Positions 36,301-49,362 of a DNA stretch of 64,000 nucleotides are shown here, piece by piece. The stretch comes from Takakia lepidozioides. Its lineage: Eukaryota; Plantae; Bryophyta. Position 1 is the first letter of the stretch, and each line of letters begins with the position of its first letter. A program made the translations under genes and the position numbers. The notes below the pieces were generated by a model, which saw only the letters and a list, made by a program, of their open reading frames with translations, was not told the DNA's origin and did not search any database. Where the stretch lies: contig CM060733.1 in assembly GCA_030704615.1 (NCBI GenBank), positions 37,944,001 through 38,008,000 of the forward strand, written 5' to 3'.

Positions 36301-38679
36301 AGCTCTCTCGCAGACATCATTCTTCCTCCTTTCACAAAATTTATCACCATGCCCGCCTTCGCCTTCCAAGGTACCCACCAAGCAAAAACATCCAAGTGCA
36401 TTCCACAAAAACTCCCAAAGGTTGGTGAAGAGTGGGCCATGGCAAAATGGAAATGGTAGCACGTCCAGAATGCATTCAGTTCACGTTCTGCAGTCCGGAC
36501 TTGCACAAGAGTTTATGTTATCAGAATGTGGAATTGTGTAAGTGCGCACATTCAATATTCACGTGCTTGGACGTGCAGCCTGTCGTCCCCCACTGCACTG
36601 CTGCTGCTCTACCTATTCTCTGTTTTATCTTTTATGTTTGAGGGCAGCTCAACTGCCCACCCAATATTTCCCTTTCATTATTTCATTTCATTACACCGGA
36701 TGCAACTTCTCCCCACTTTAGACTTCTTTGTCGGGTCCCTACAGTTTTTTAGTTTAGAAGGATTCACTTTTTGGGCACTTTGAGATTTCATGGGGAGTAT
36801 TAAATTGCAGCAGGCTCAGTTTGAAAGGATCCGGATATAGCACATGTGTTTTGGGGATAAGTTAACCCTGTATTACAAGCCTTACTATTCTCTACCCCAG
36901 GGTTCTTCCCTGCTGGAAGGTTTTCATCAGGTACCCAGTTGAACGCTCTTTCGACATTCAAATGAGGGATGTTGAAGATGGTAGCGAAGATCTGGGCACA
37001 ATATTGCGGAAGGACTCCATGAATGTGTATGAATGCAGCTTTTGGAAGTAGCAAGCGTTGCAATCTAATAACAGTTTTGTGGCACCACAACATGTGACAG
37101 ATTTATTCTCCCATCCGTGATATGGAGGGGAGGCGAGGAGAGGACGCCCTTCTCATTTTTCGATAAGATCGAGATGAAAACAGTTTCAGAAACGGTATTG
37201 ATTCTAATGAAGTTTGCGCACGATGTGCTGCTGCCCTAAGGCGGCTCAGTCAAATTTATCTCGGCCAAGTGCCAAGGATAGTATATAGGTATTCGGCCAG
37301 TCCTGTGTCCATACACTTGATTCATTCATTCATGCGGACTCATGAGGACACAAGCGTCAATGAATCCTGACCACATGGTACTAAATCCAAATAACTGCAG
37401 ATTCTATCTGAATCAAGTTAAGCTTCATTATGATACCGGGGCCGCCTTTACCCTCACTAATTTCCCACACTGGGTGGAATTTGTTGCGTGGTTTAACTTC
37501 ACTTCACAAAGTGCAGACTGCAGACTACCTATTCAAGAGGATCTGATATAAATAGTTAGAGTGCCTCCACCACCGCTAAAGAAGACCAATGGTGGTCGAC
37601 CCGGCCATACGAGATCATGAATAAACCTGAAAGCATCATTGCCTATATAAAGCGAGGGAGATTTGCGAAATGTTGATTTCGAAGGAGGCAAACTCTGAAC
37701 GTGGCGACGTGATCGTGGAATCCAAACATCACTGTGTTGTATGGCAGATTGGAATATTTTGGTGGCCAGAAATGGGTACATCTATTTAAGCAAAAACCCA
37801 CTTTATTGAGTGTTGTTTTCAAGTTTGCATGCAGCTTTGAGGCTTCTGCAGATTGATCTCAAGCATTCCAACGTCCAGATTCAGCTGACTACATGCAGAT
37901 AAACTTTGGCTCGTCTGTTGTTGCAGGTTGATTTTCCACCTTTCAATTTTCAAACCAACGCTAAACTTACCCTCCACGGACCACCGTTCCTTCAAGCAAG
38001 GGTCAGCTTTGGCTTTGAATGATCTCGAAGGCGGCAGAAACTCAAACTACTGGTTCATAAAGGGTCTTGGAGGCATGGTCTTCAAGTAGCAGAAGCCAAA
38101 CTTCCATTATCCACACCACAAAGTTCCTTCTATTATGATGACCAACACTTATTACTAACTGGAATATTTTCCTGCAGATCAACCCTCGATTTATGAGTGG
38201 AGGAGAGAGGACATAAACAAGAGTATAAAGATGCAGCAGGGTGCTAGTTAATGGAAGCAGCACTACGTGGTCCCAGGCGCCGGGATCGTGGGATCTTCTT
38301 CTCGCACTCTTCCCAACACTCTTCTGCCATGCAAACCCTCCCTTGTTTTCCCTCCAAACAAAAACACCACCATCGCAATACAAACCAATACAAACGCAAA
38401 CACTCTATATGTTAAGATCAGTAGTGAGCCCGCCCCCAGAGTTTGACCAGCGCGGTCTCCAACACTTGGGATACACACTAGATTCACTAGTGTCAGCGCT
38501 CTGCCCCTCTCTTTCTCTCACACGCAGCACTGAGCAGTGTGTGTCTGCACTAATCCCCTCCCTCCATCGCCATTCATTCCTGCTCCTCCTCCCTCGCTGC
38601 TCGCTCCGAACAAGACGACCCACTCCCTCTCTCGCTCACTAATTCTCGCACGCGTCATTACTCCCTAATGTCAGCCAGT

Positions 38680-38780
38680 AACCAATGCACAACAAGCGAT
38701 AACCAGGCCACTAACCAAGTCACTAACCAGTACACTAACCAACCAAGCCACTAACCAAGCGACTAACCAAGCGACTAATG
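38680..38780. repeat. ~12-bp tandem repeat (CACTAACCAAGC-like)
   Basis: About seven degenerate TAACCAAG units. Confidence 0.75.
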
Positions 38781-40118
38781 CAGTCGTACCGAACAAACCG
38801 GCGAGATCTCCACCAACCGGCGTTCGCAGCGCTTTTCCGACAATGTGAGTCACTAACCCCAGTCACTGTTGAAGCTGGTTAGGTTAGGTTATTAGGTCAG
38901 CCGCTATATTTGACCACCCCTATATTTAGCTGCTAAGAGAATCGTGAACTTATTAGCGGAGCCCAGTTAGTTCTCATGTTGGTTAAGGTCGGGGGTATTT
39001 GTAAATAATCCTTCTGTATTTATTAATATATTCAAATAATTTCCATAAAATATCGTTTTGTTTTGTTTCTTTTGTTTTTCCGCAAACGGGACGGGGCCAA
39101 ATACTTTACTAATGAGAAGGTAGAGTGTGGAAATAATGATATATTGAACGAAATATCAATATTAGTTTTACGGAAACAGAAAATAGGCGAAAAATAATTA
39201 ATAATGAGGCGAAATAAAGGGGTAGGCGATAACAGTGGCGATGCAGAGGGCTATGGGAAAGGGGCGCCAGAACCCGGGGAAATGACGGGTGGCAGGGCGA
39301 CATCACGAAAAGGCGCGCCGGGGGGCGGACCCAGGGAAAGGACGGGTGGCAGGGGGGCTGGGTGGCGTGTGCCCGCCTCAGGCCACCCGCACGAACGTAC
39401 GTACATGGATGGGCATGGATGGGGGCATGCGCATGGCGCCCCATGGCAAACCCTGGTTGAGGGCGGTGTAAAAGGGAGAGAGGGAGGGAGTCGTCGTCTT
39501 CGGTGCGCTGCCGCAATCCCTCTCGCATCTCTCCATCGCATCGCTGCTCTCTGCGCGCGATTGGGCTGACTCCGAGTCCCGTGCAGATCTTGGCTGAGTT
39601 TTCTTTGTGGGTTATGTGCAGTGTCGTAATCTTTGTACTTTTAATCTTCAAATCTTCGTCTGGCAGTCGGGTTCTTGTAAGCAGTGCTCTCGTGTCTCTT
39701 CTCTTCGCTTGTCTTTCCTAGTAACTCTGTTCTGGACCATTGACTCTCGCTCAGGCTTGCCTTCCGGAGTTTTCATTTGTATTTGTCCAATTTATGTTGT
39801 GGCTTGTGACTGTCTGCATCTTTGTATATTGTTAGTTTGTGTCTCCGAGGCTTGTTATCGAGGTCTGGCTGTTGTTTTCTTGTAAGGCTCATTGCAGTGC
39901 GTTGTCTGTTCTCCACTCTTGAGCACTTGTATTTTTATTTTTTTCTGTATATCTGTCTGGGCCTGCTTTTGTTGCTTCTGGGTTGGGTATTGCATTTGTA
40001 CATGGGTTCTCTCTTCTTTGGAAGCGCATACGTTGGACGTCCGTGATTATAGCTTCAGAGACGGGTTTCAATTTCAGAGATACGCAGTCCTAACAGCCTG
40101 GAGACTGAGAGAAGCAAG

Positions 40119-41393
40119 ATGCCGGGGTCAGGGATGTCACCGTGCGCGGCATGCAAGCTGCTGCGTAGGAGGTGTGCCAGAGACTGTGTTTTTGCGCCCT
40201 ACTTCCCGCCCGATGAGCCTCAAAAGTTTGCCAATGTCCACAAAGTGTTTGGGGCTTCCAATGTCAACAAAATGCTGCAGGTACAACTTGTGCTCCTCGT
40301 CAATCTATCCGTTTCTTTGTCTCCCACCTCACGTCCGCTGCAGTATGTATTTACTTGTGGCGTTGCAGATAGAGCTGTCACTCTAAAGCGTAGGCTTGAC
40401 GAGTTTTTAGAGAACCTGCAGTCTTTCTCACTTCCAACTTTATACCAGATTTTAGTACATCTCCAGACGCGGGAAGTTGACGTACCAGCTGCCTTTGTGG
40501 GAGGCCCTGTACGCTTTCTTGTTCCAATCAATTGAGAGGTAGTCCTCCAACAGTCAGCCAGGTTACCATTACACGACATCTTTTGAATGCTGCAATGTGG
40601 CTCCTGAGGCCAGACCCTGGGTCATATCGTAGCTGTAGCAATCTTCTCAGCATGTGGGAGACTTCTGCTGGACATCAGTGTGTGATTCAAACGTAATAGC
40701 TGGGTTTTCAATCCTCAATTGCTTCCATACCGTCTGGAGATCTCTGTACCTCTAGTCTGAAACGTTGTCTGTTGCTAGCAATGGAACGAGTTCTTACTAG
40801 CTGTCTACCCTCCCCCATAAGGCTTCTTCTATACATTTCTTTGGTTACATATCATGGTCTCGTGGACGTTGGCATGAGGCGGTTTAAGACCTTCATTGCA
40901 AGTGCTTGAAAGCACATGAGGATCTCCTGTTCCAGCAATTGTATCATCTGATAGTGCAGAATTTCAGCCTTTGTATTAATTTTTCTTAATGTGAATCCGA
41001 GGACTTCCATGGCTCAGTATCCTTCGAAATTTATTCATGACCTTTCCAATGAAACAGGACCTTCCATTGCATCAAAGAGGAGACGCCGTGAGCTCCATGG
41101 TCTACGAGGCTGATGCGCGTGTACGCGACCCAGTCTACGGGTGTGTGGGCGCCATTTCCTCGTTGCAACAGCAGGTGGCGCAGTTGCAGACACAATTAGC
41201 TGTGGCGAACGCTGAGATTGTGTGCATGCGGATGCATCAGGCTCATGTCGTCTCAAACGCTGTGAAGAGCATGCAGATGATGCCCGGAACTTCCCCCCCC
41301 TTCCAGCCGCCATCGCCCGAGCTTCACCATCACTACAAGCCTGCAATTTCATGCATGGATTCGTTAGAGCTTGGGGAGCCACTTTGGACGTGA
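40119..41393 (+). CDS. LBD: Class I LOB-domain (LBD/ASL) transcription factor, LBD4/LBD3-like, 165 aa in 2 exons (40119-40280, 41058-41393)
   Basis: CAACKLLRRRC zinc motif, FGASNV GAS block, DPVYGCVG, leucine zipper and C-terminal EPLWT. Phase-0 GT-AG intron. Confidence 0.96.
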
Positions 41394-43943
41394 TGATGGC
41401 ACATGGACACTGGGACCTTCTTCCCTGTAGTGGCGGGGCAGCCCACAGGGAAAGGTTCTTGGGGGATGGAGGGCCAAATTCCTCTCATCTTCCAGTATTC
41501 TCTTGCTAGGTTTCAAAGAATCAGAAGCTTCCCTCCCATCTGTATTTTGACCCTTCCATTCCTGTTTTTTCTGAGGAAGATGGGCAAGCGGGGGCGGAGC
41601 CAAGGGCAAACTTGTCTCCAGACTGCGACGAGTGTGTATGGCACGGCAAGAGAACCGGGGCTCAACCCTCTCCCTCTTGTCTGCCTTCAACATTCTGTCA
41701 AGACGCCCGGACTGCGAGGGACCTGTAGAGATACAATAGACCCGGCAGACCTGTGGCGGACGCAGTTGAGAGAGCACCCTTATATGTACATGTGATTTAC
41801 TTGCATTGCGAGCGCTAGATGGGGAAGACATTGTTTCTCGGTCCTGGGATTAGCTGCTAACCTAGACATTTTTCGGGTTAGCCTCTAACCCCAGGTTTAT
41901 GATTGAATTGCTAGCGTTCATCATAGTCTTCTATCACTCCATTACTCAACTCTGGTTTTGCACTGCTTCTGCGTTGCCTTTGTTGGCACACCCAATAAAT
42001 GAGCGCAGGTGTGTCCTCTTCTTTGTGCAATCCCTCCTCGTTGTTGCTCTGCACCTGCTTGCACGCCATCTTACTTCCTTTGTGCACGATTGAACATTGG
42101 CCAGTACGGATCTCTAGCTCTCTTGCTTTCATCTTGCATGGGTATGACATTCGACTTCCATGCTGCTCGTCAGCTCTCTGTTTCCTTTGACTCTCTCTCT
42201 CGCTAGCACCACAGGCGGGTACTATCGGTTTGGAGAGGTAATATACTTGTGACGAAGCTAGTCCCCCTCTCCGAGCTTCCTACGAAGCTTCCCACTTCGA
42301 TTTCTCCGGTTTTCTTTGTATAAAGCAGTTTGCATCGGGACTGATTTTTTTCCCAATAGAAGAGGCCGTATCTCGATTCACAATGAGGCCTCACACCGGC
42401 AAATAAGACGGGCTGGCTGTGGCTTCGGTGAATAAAAATGTGTACCTTTTCGGATTGTCTGCGTTTGTAAAGAGAGAGGAGGATATCGTGAGATTACTTA
42501 CAAGTCTGGCAGTCATCAACACTGAAACAGTGATCAAACGTGCTTCTATTGAAACCTCAATATACTGATCATAGTCTTCGCAGTCACGCTTGCATTTAGT
42601 GTTTCAGGTTTAATATCTGTGAAGTTCGAGAACTGTTGCAGATCAGCTGTGCCTAAAAGCAATCCCATTTGAGCCTTGGGATTCAGACAGGGCTGGTAAC
42701 AGGAATCGGGACAAATTGCTACGTGACTCAAATCTTGTATGTTACTAGGCTTCCAATTCAATCATACTCGATAAACCTTCCTAATTGTTTGCCGCCACAC
42801 TGCGCCCTTGTCATCTCCTCGTATTCATGATGTCTTGTGTATAGCCCTGGAAAGCTATATTTTTAGTCGACCATCCTCTTGCAGTTTTCAATAACCCATG
42901 CGTACGCTTGTACAAAGCTTGTTGCCCTCACTTTGATATCTACAAGATGTATCTTGATCATAAAAACCAAAAGGAACTGTGAGGATCACATCAATCCCCA
43001 GAGCTAGCATCATTGTTTTTCGGAAGTCTAGACGGGGTTATATACATCAGTCACGTCAAGATTGGTCGCATCGACCTTTGCTTTCACTGGCCGCGAGGAA
43101 GTCTGATATATACCAGATTTCTAGAGGACAACTTCCTGATGCATGCATCGCGGAGCATCAGTAGGAACGAAGAGATTGGCAGGGAACATCTCCCACATAT
43201 TTCGTAGTGCCACTTGTCCACATCTAACCTCCAACAAAATTCTGGTTCCGCTGCTGCCTCGGTCCTAATCGAAACTCAGTGATAAGGCAGTCTACTCACA
43301 GTCAGTTATAGTATAGAGCATTGAGTATATGTAGAGGGTGTCACATTGTTTCTCTGGGATCTGGAGGCCGGGGTCGATAGGATTGATATCGATCCGTTCT
43401 CCGCCATGAAGCCTATCCAGCTTCTGCTGCTCCCCATGTGCATGTTCCTACAAACAAGCAAACGCTTAAAAGGCAGGATGATCAGGGCCAGCATTGGCCC
43501 TTTCACAAGCCATCAACATCGTAATTCTTTCAAAAGACAAGCCACACCGGCAGATGCATCGTCTCCATCCCCGAGACTACCGAGAGGTTCCGCTTGTCAG
43601 AGATTTGTACAACATGGCTTTGCAATGTCTCGCCCGATTCTTTGCTCGCACGGATGCTTCATCGTCTCTCCCGATCTTTGAAACCCTCAAACCCTAGTTC
43701 CAACTCGCGGTCGAGCAGTGTTAGGCCCCATGTGCCATCGTCATGGTGGCCCACATGTATGGCATCGTGCCACGGTGGGGCCATGACATGACCCCATGAC
43801 TATGATGTGAAAATAGCATAAGGATAAAGATATCGTGGGACCAGACAAGCCGTTGGCCTAACGAGAATGGAGCTCTAGACCCCGTGTTTTGAATGAGCCT
43901 CCATTTCCCCCTTTCCGAGCACGAGGCACACCGGGGGGAATAG

Positions 43944-44012
43944 GGCCATAGGGGATTGAACCCGACACCACCGGCGAATGCACGGGATAGCAAACTACTG
44001 GGCCACGTGCGC
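43944..44012 (-). mobile_element. tRNA-derived SINE-like head (degenerate)
   Basis: Minus strand has an A-box-like TGGCCCAGTAG and a B-box GGTTCAATCC. Confidence 0.4.
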
Positions 44013-44442
44013 AGTAAAATAGATAATATAACTAATATAAAATAAATACAACTAAGCCTCTGGCATGTAAGGGATCCATGTGTGCATGACGGACATCAAT
44101 GATGGCCATCTATGTGATGTCTGTTGATGACCATAAATAATTTTTTCCTATATATCTATAACACGGCGAGATAAATCACTTCAAACAAAAAAAATCCCCT
44201 CAAATAAACTCAATAAAACTAACCCAGGGCCTCTGTCCCCTGTTCATTAAAAAAAGAAAAAGAAAAAAATCACTTCATAGAATGTCATTTCTATTCATTT
44301 GAAGATGGTTCAGGTTCCAAATTTACTTTTTCTGATGGAGAGCCCTGTAGCATGTGGGCCTCACATTATATACTCTCTCATGGAGCCCTCTAAAAGGGGC
44401 CATCGCCACATCCTGCTTCTAGAAAGCTCTAGAACTAGGAGT

Positions 44443-44786
44443 TGTTGGAAAACCAATGGCGTATGGTGGGGCTAAGTATTGAACCTAGGACCTTCCCCAT
44501 TCCGGTGGGGTGCTCTAGCACTGAGCTACCCATCCCGTTCTGTGTTCTGTTCTTTAAGTGCCGTGCAAGGGCTCAAGGCATAGCCCTTATAAGCTAATGC
44601 CCACCCATTCTTACCACCACCCCAACCTTGGCTCTGATACCATGTTGGAAAACCACTGGCGTATGGTCAGGCTAGGGATTGATCCTAGGCCCTCCCCCAT
44701 TCGGGTGGGGTGTTCTACTACTGAGCTACCCGTCCCGTTCTGTTCTCAAAGTGCCGCGCAAGGGCTATAACCTTGACACTCCAACA
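44443..44786 (-). mobile_element. TRIM-like mini LTR element with tRNA-like LTRs
   Basis: Repeats at 44443-44573 (truncated) and 44643-44786 (TGTTGGA...TCCAACA). PBS TGGTATCAGAGC at 44631-44642 (-). Each repeat contains a ~73-nt cloverleaf-like sequence. No matching TSD. Confidence 0.7.
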
Positions 44787-46549
44787 AGGCCCACTTCCTA
44801 CTTCTATGCTCGCCTCTATGTGTGCCGTCACATTTCACCCACTCCAACATCCGTGCCCTCCCTCCCCATTGGCTGCTCCAATGCTCTCCCTTTTTTCGAC
44901 CTTCACGAACAGCCCCTCAAAGGATTTGGGAGCCTTATTTATTTTATATAATAATAAAAATAAGGTATAGAGTTGTCCCACACTAGTAGTATGCTGGCAT
45001 GGCCTTCTTTATTTTTATTTCTCTATATTTTAATTTTAATTTTAACCCTTAATCTCCCAAGCCCATTTTTGACTTTTTGTCCATTTTTGGTACCCTGAAA
45101 GACTAAAATGCCCATAGCTACCTATCCCCATTCATCCACAGGTCTCAAGGGGACAACATTGTGCCTAACTTGGTTACGCATAACAAATTTGGCAGGATTT
45201 CACCGTGGAAATAAGAATATTATAATGTATTTGTGGACCTGGAATTTGAGCTCCCACACAATAGTCCCACAAAATTATGGTTTGACCAGTGCAAATTGTG
45301 GCTTTTTAGAATTTGCATCCCTTGGAGACCCATAAATTACAATGGAGTGATGAATGACTATCTCCTTGCCAAATTTCAGGGCCATTTGAGGTTTTTTTCT
45401 GTGGGCTGTTTTGTATGGGTGTACCTACATGGGGGTGTAAAAGGTGAAATATTGTACGGTGATAGGAGCCTCCAAAGGAGGTGCAATGGTTTTTAACTTC
45501 TAGAAGAACGGTGCTGGTAGATTTGTGGGTGCCATGCCAATGCCCCACAATCTAAAACATTTGAACAATTGGGCAAATTGTGTGAAAATTTTTGGGCCCC
45601 CCGTGCAATATTGTCTGGGCTCATGTGGGATTTTCCGGTAAAATATTCCATTTCTAGGGGGCCACGTGCCACCGTCCCCCCCTCTGCCACCCCATGATCA
45701 ATTTACCCTACTCACCCTCGTGAGGCGAGTACCCGACAACTGCAGAGGCGACGTGTCGCTACCAGCCCACCCTAAAAATGAATTCTTACCCTAACCTGGG
45801 ACTTGCTGCCGACTAGGGCAGGTACCGGCCACCTGTCCAGTCAACTCAAGAAACCCAGCCCGTTTTGAGCAGTGCTGGCCGGTGAAAATTCGCCCAGGCC
45901 ACAGTTTTTATTTTATTTTATTTAAAAAAAAAGGAGAGGCTTCGTAAGAGGGAGAGCTACATTTCTCGTTCAGACATCATCCCCTCCCGAGAGCATCTGC
46001 AGATGCTGTGGTGAATCTCCCAAAGCAAGCTACGCGATTCGGGTCGCTTGGGAGATTAAGGGTTAAGCCACGAATTTACTGAAATAAAAACTCCAATTGG
46101 CCATAAGGCAGATAACTTACGTGATGTTTTCAGATACTTTTCACCACTTATTTCAGACTTGAAGAAAATATTGGAAAAAATGAACTAGGCGTTACACAAT
46201 GGGAGCCCTAGGCCCCGGGCTTACAGAGTCTGAAAATGCCATTTTTCTCACTGAATCATTGGTAGAAAGTGTAACATCGAAAAATGAATCTGAGATATTT
46301 TGTAATGTTTTACTTTCATCTTTTAATAAGTCATGTGGTAGAACAGATGTTCATTAAGTTTTAGGTGTCGGTGTGAACCAAACCGAGTTTTAAGTTGTTT
46401 TGAATTAGGGCTCCAAGATTGCTTCAGAGATTTCATTTGCAAAATTTTTGTGGATGATATTTGAGAGTTTTTTTATTTTTTATTTTTTATTTTTTATTGG
46501 AAGGGGATGGAGCCCAATTTTTTTCTTTTCCTGGAAGTTGACAATAAGG

Positions 46550-46910
46550 TAGAAGTTCAGAGGTTCTGGTGCAGAAGGAGCTCTCATAGTGCAATGGTGT
46601 CCCAATTGAAGGTGTAGAGCCCCAGGCCCCCAGGTCAATTGGCGCAGCCTTAGGAATACTAGATCTAAAATTCATCTCTCTTTTGGTCAATCTAAAAGGA
46701 AGCGTGGTAGCTTCTAGTACTCTGTAGCTTCTGTTAGGCTCTACCCCTGGACTCCGGTTATTGTGAGGCAGTGTCCCATTCTTGGTCTGCAAGGCTTCCT
46801 GCAAGGTTATTTTTTCCTTGCTGTAATACTTCAGTATTCTCCATTCAATAAAGCTTCAGCGAGGCCACGTTCCCCTCTTCCCTTTAAAAAAGAAAGAAAA
46901 AGAAAAAGAA
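46550..46910 (+). mobile_element. Possible LINE/SINE 3' end with A-rich tail
   Basis: AATAAA followed by GGCCACGTTCCCCTCTTCCCTTT and an A-rich tail. A similar tail occurs at ~44210-44270. Confidence 0.35.
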
Positions 46911-47028
46911 GGTAGAATGAAAGGGGACTGCACCTATTTCAATCAAATGTAAAAAAGAACTCCATGAAGCTGCCTGGATCCTGATCGAATTTTAGGAGGC
47001 AAAATTACCCGACCAGAGGGATCCATAC

Positions 47029-47789
47029 CAGTGTTGTGGGGTTCTTGCCATATTGAAGGAACCTCCGGTTCCGGTTCCTTGGTATATTTAAAGAGGCGGT
47101 TCCGGTTATTCATGTGCAGATTCCGGTTCCGGTTCCGGGTATTTTTTGGGAAGGAACCACCGGTTCCAGTTTCCGTTTCCAGTTCTCTATTTTTTGAATT
47201 TAAAAATATATATTAAATTTTTGATCGGTTTTTTATAAATCTAAAAATGATTTGTGAATCCCCATTAGTTATATCAAATATTTTGACCATGTTGAAAAGA
47301 AACAACACAACATTCATATACAAATTTATGAAATAATAATAATGCAATGTAAGCGAGTATAAATCAATGTGTGTAGAGTACACAAAGAAATCATTCTATC
47401 TCAAACAACTCGGCAATCATCGAAGAGCTCACCAACAACGATACAACGTGTAAAACAAAACCAGAAAAAAAAAAAAAAAAACCCCCTGCCCTACGCTGCT
47501 ACCTCCCCCTGCACTGCTCCGGCCTCCCCCACGCACTGAGGCGCTGCTCCCTCCCCGCGCTGAAGTTGCGCTACTGCAGCGATCGCGCAGATTGGAGGTG
47601 AGAGATGACAGATCGCGGAAAAATAAAACCCCTAAGTGCGGGAACTGGATCCGGAACCGCCACTGACCCCCCAGTTCCGGTTCCAGCTGATTCCTGGAAA
47701 AACCCTCACCCGCCGGTTCCGGTTCCAGTTCCAGTAACGGTTCCCAGGAACCGGAACCGCCTGCCTAAGCGGGTACCCGTACAACACTG
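47029..47789. mobile_element. Non-autonomous hAT element
   Basis: 8-bp TSD ATCCATAC (47021-47028 and 47790-47797), TIR CAGTGTTGT/ACAACACTG, and many CCGGTT/GGAACC subterminal motifs. Confidence 0.9.
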
Positions 47790-48513
47790 ATCCATACCCA
47801 GTGTTTTTTCTTCATTTTTCTAAAATCGCAGGCCAGGCCACATGTGAAATTCTACCCAATGCCCATGTGGCGACAATAACGAGGTGACACAGCTAGAAAA
47901 GTGGCTATATTTCAGGTGGCACATTTTACTCGGACAAATTACAAACAATGAATTGGTATGTTCGAAAGTTGATGCCGGAGGCTCCTGCTATTCAACCACT
48001 GGCGCATTTTGGCGAAATTTACGGATTTTACCCCCCATAATGCCTTTCTACAAGTAGCTGACCCATTTTCCAGGTCGAAATCTGGCGAATAAAAAACTAC
48101 CGGCACAACCAAGCTTTTGTCGTAATCTTCCTACGCATCAACTCCTGATTGCTCCCAGGTAGGCCGGCTATATTGTAGCCAGCCACCCTGCCTACAGTAT
48201 AGATTTCGGATGACAATCTGAATGACGATTAGAAAAACGTGGATGAACATCGCAGAAAAGCTCCGTTATGTAAAGTATTTCACCGTTGTAGCCTGCCAAG
48301 AACGGAAGCGCCGCTCCCGCGGCCGGGCCGTCTCGTGTGCCTTCCTACCTGCCCGCCCGGCATAAACCCTAGTCATGTTCCGAGGTAAAATAAATGTAGA
48401 AGAGAAATCATAAATTTCAGTACAGTCCTCATGTGAGCCCACAAGCCATCAATGTGCCATTATCATCCTCCACACCCCGCACTCATACCCGCACTAATCA
48501 CCGCGTCCCACTA

Positions 48514-49362
48514 CAGTCGACCCTCCTTTATTGTTACGCCTTGGGAAAGTAAGAAAAAAATAACAATAACAGAGTGATAACATATTACCAATTAAAGAGG
48601 GCGACCAAGACTTAACATTTATCCATGTAACAGTAAACCAGGGATGATTTCAAAAAATCTAACATTTACAGAGTTACATATCAAATCGACTGAAAATTCT
48701 GTCAATGGTGTCATGTCGACAGTTTGCAACCTGCAACGTAGATAAGTTAGACTATTTTCTACAGATCTAACCCTATCAGAAAGTCTCTCAACCAACCACC
48801 GAGGGTTGTTGTTCTAGAAACATATTAATCACTTTGAATTCCTCCTGAACATTGGGAAATGTCACTTGTGCCACTGGATCTAAAATAGGTTCGTCTTTGT
48901 CATCTTCAGTTTCAACGTTTGCACATGGATCAACGAGTTCCTAGGCTTTCCGTAGGTGCATATGGAGTGTTCAAATCGTGTTCTTCCTCGTAATGAACAA
49001 ATTCGGGAACCCCCATAGTCGGAAACGTAACTACATTGCATTATATAGAGCCAATTTGCTAGACATCCATCCCTATATTAATTCAGAAATTTAGTAGTCA
49101 CAGTCGGTGGTTCCACATTATTTATTTCTTAATGAAATGTCAATGGAAATATTTATGTTTCAACCTACTTTAGGCCGCCTTCACTGTACTGGACATAACG
49201 TATATCAAGGGTCACTTTACAAAGGAGGGAGTACCATTTATGTAACGTTTAACATATAACATCCCTACTGCAGCATAGGGTAAAATTTCAGGGAGTAAAA
49301 CAAAGATAACAATTACACCCCTTATAACACATAAAGAGGGCACATTTAGCCAGGGTCGACTG
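48514..49362. mobile_element. Tc1/mariner (pogo-like) MITE
   Basis: TA|CAGTCGACCCT ... AGGGTCGACTG|TA: 11-bp perfect TIR with TA TSD. Confidence 0.75.

Noticed and set aside
44464-44736. Two functional tRNA genes
   Set aside because: The anticodon loops are irregular and differ between copies, stems have mismatches, and both lie inside LTR-like repeats. They are treated as tRNA-derived.
47798-48104. Second hAT-like MITE starting CAGTGTTTTT
   Set aside because: No convincing right TIR or TSD was found.
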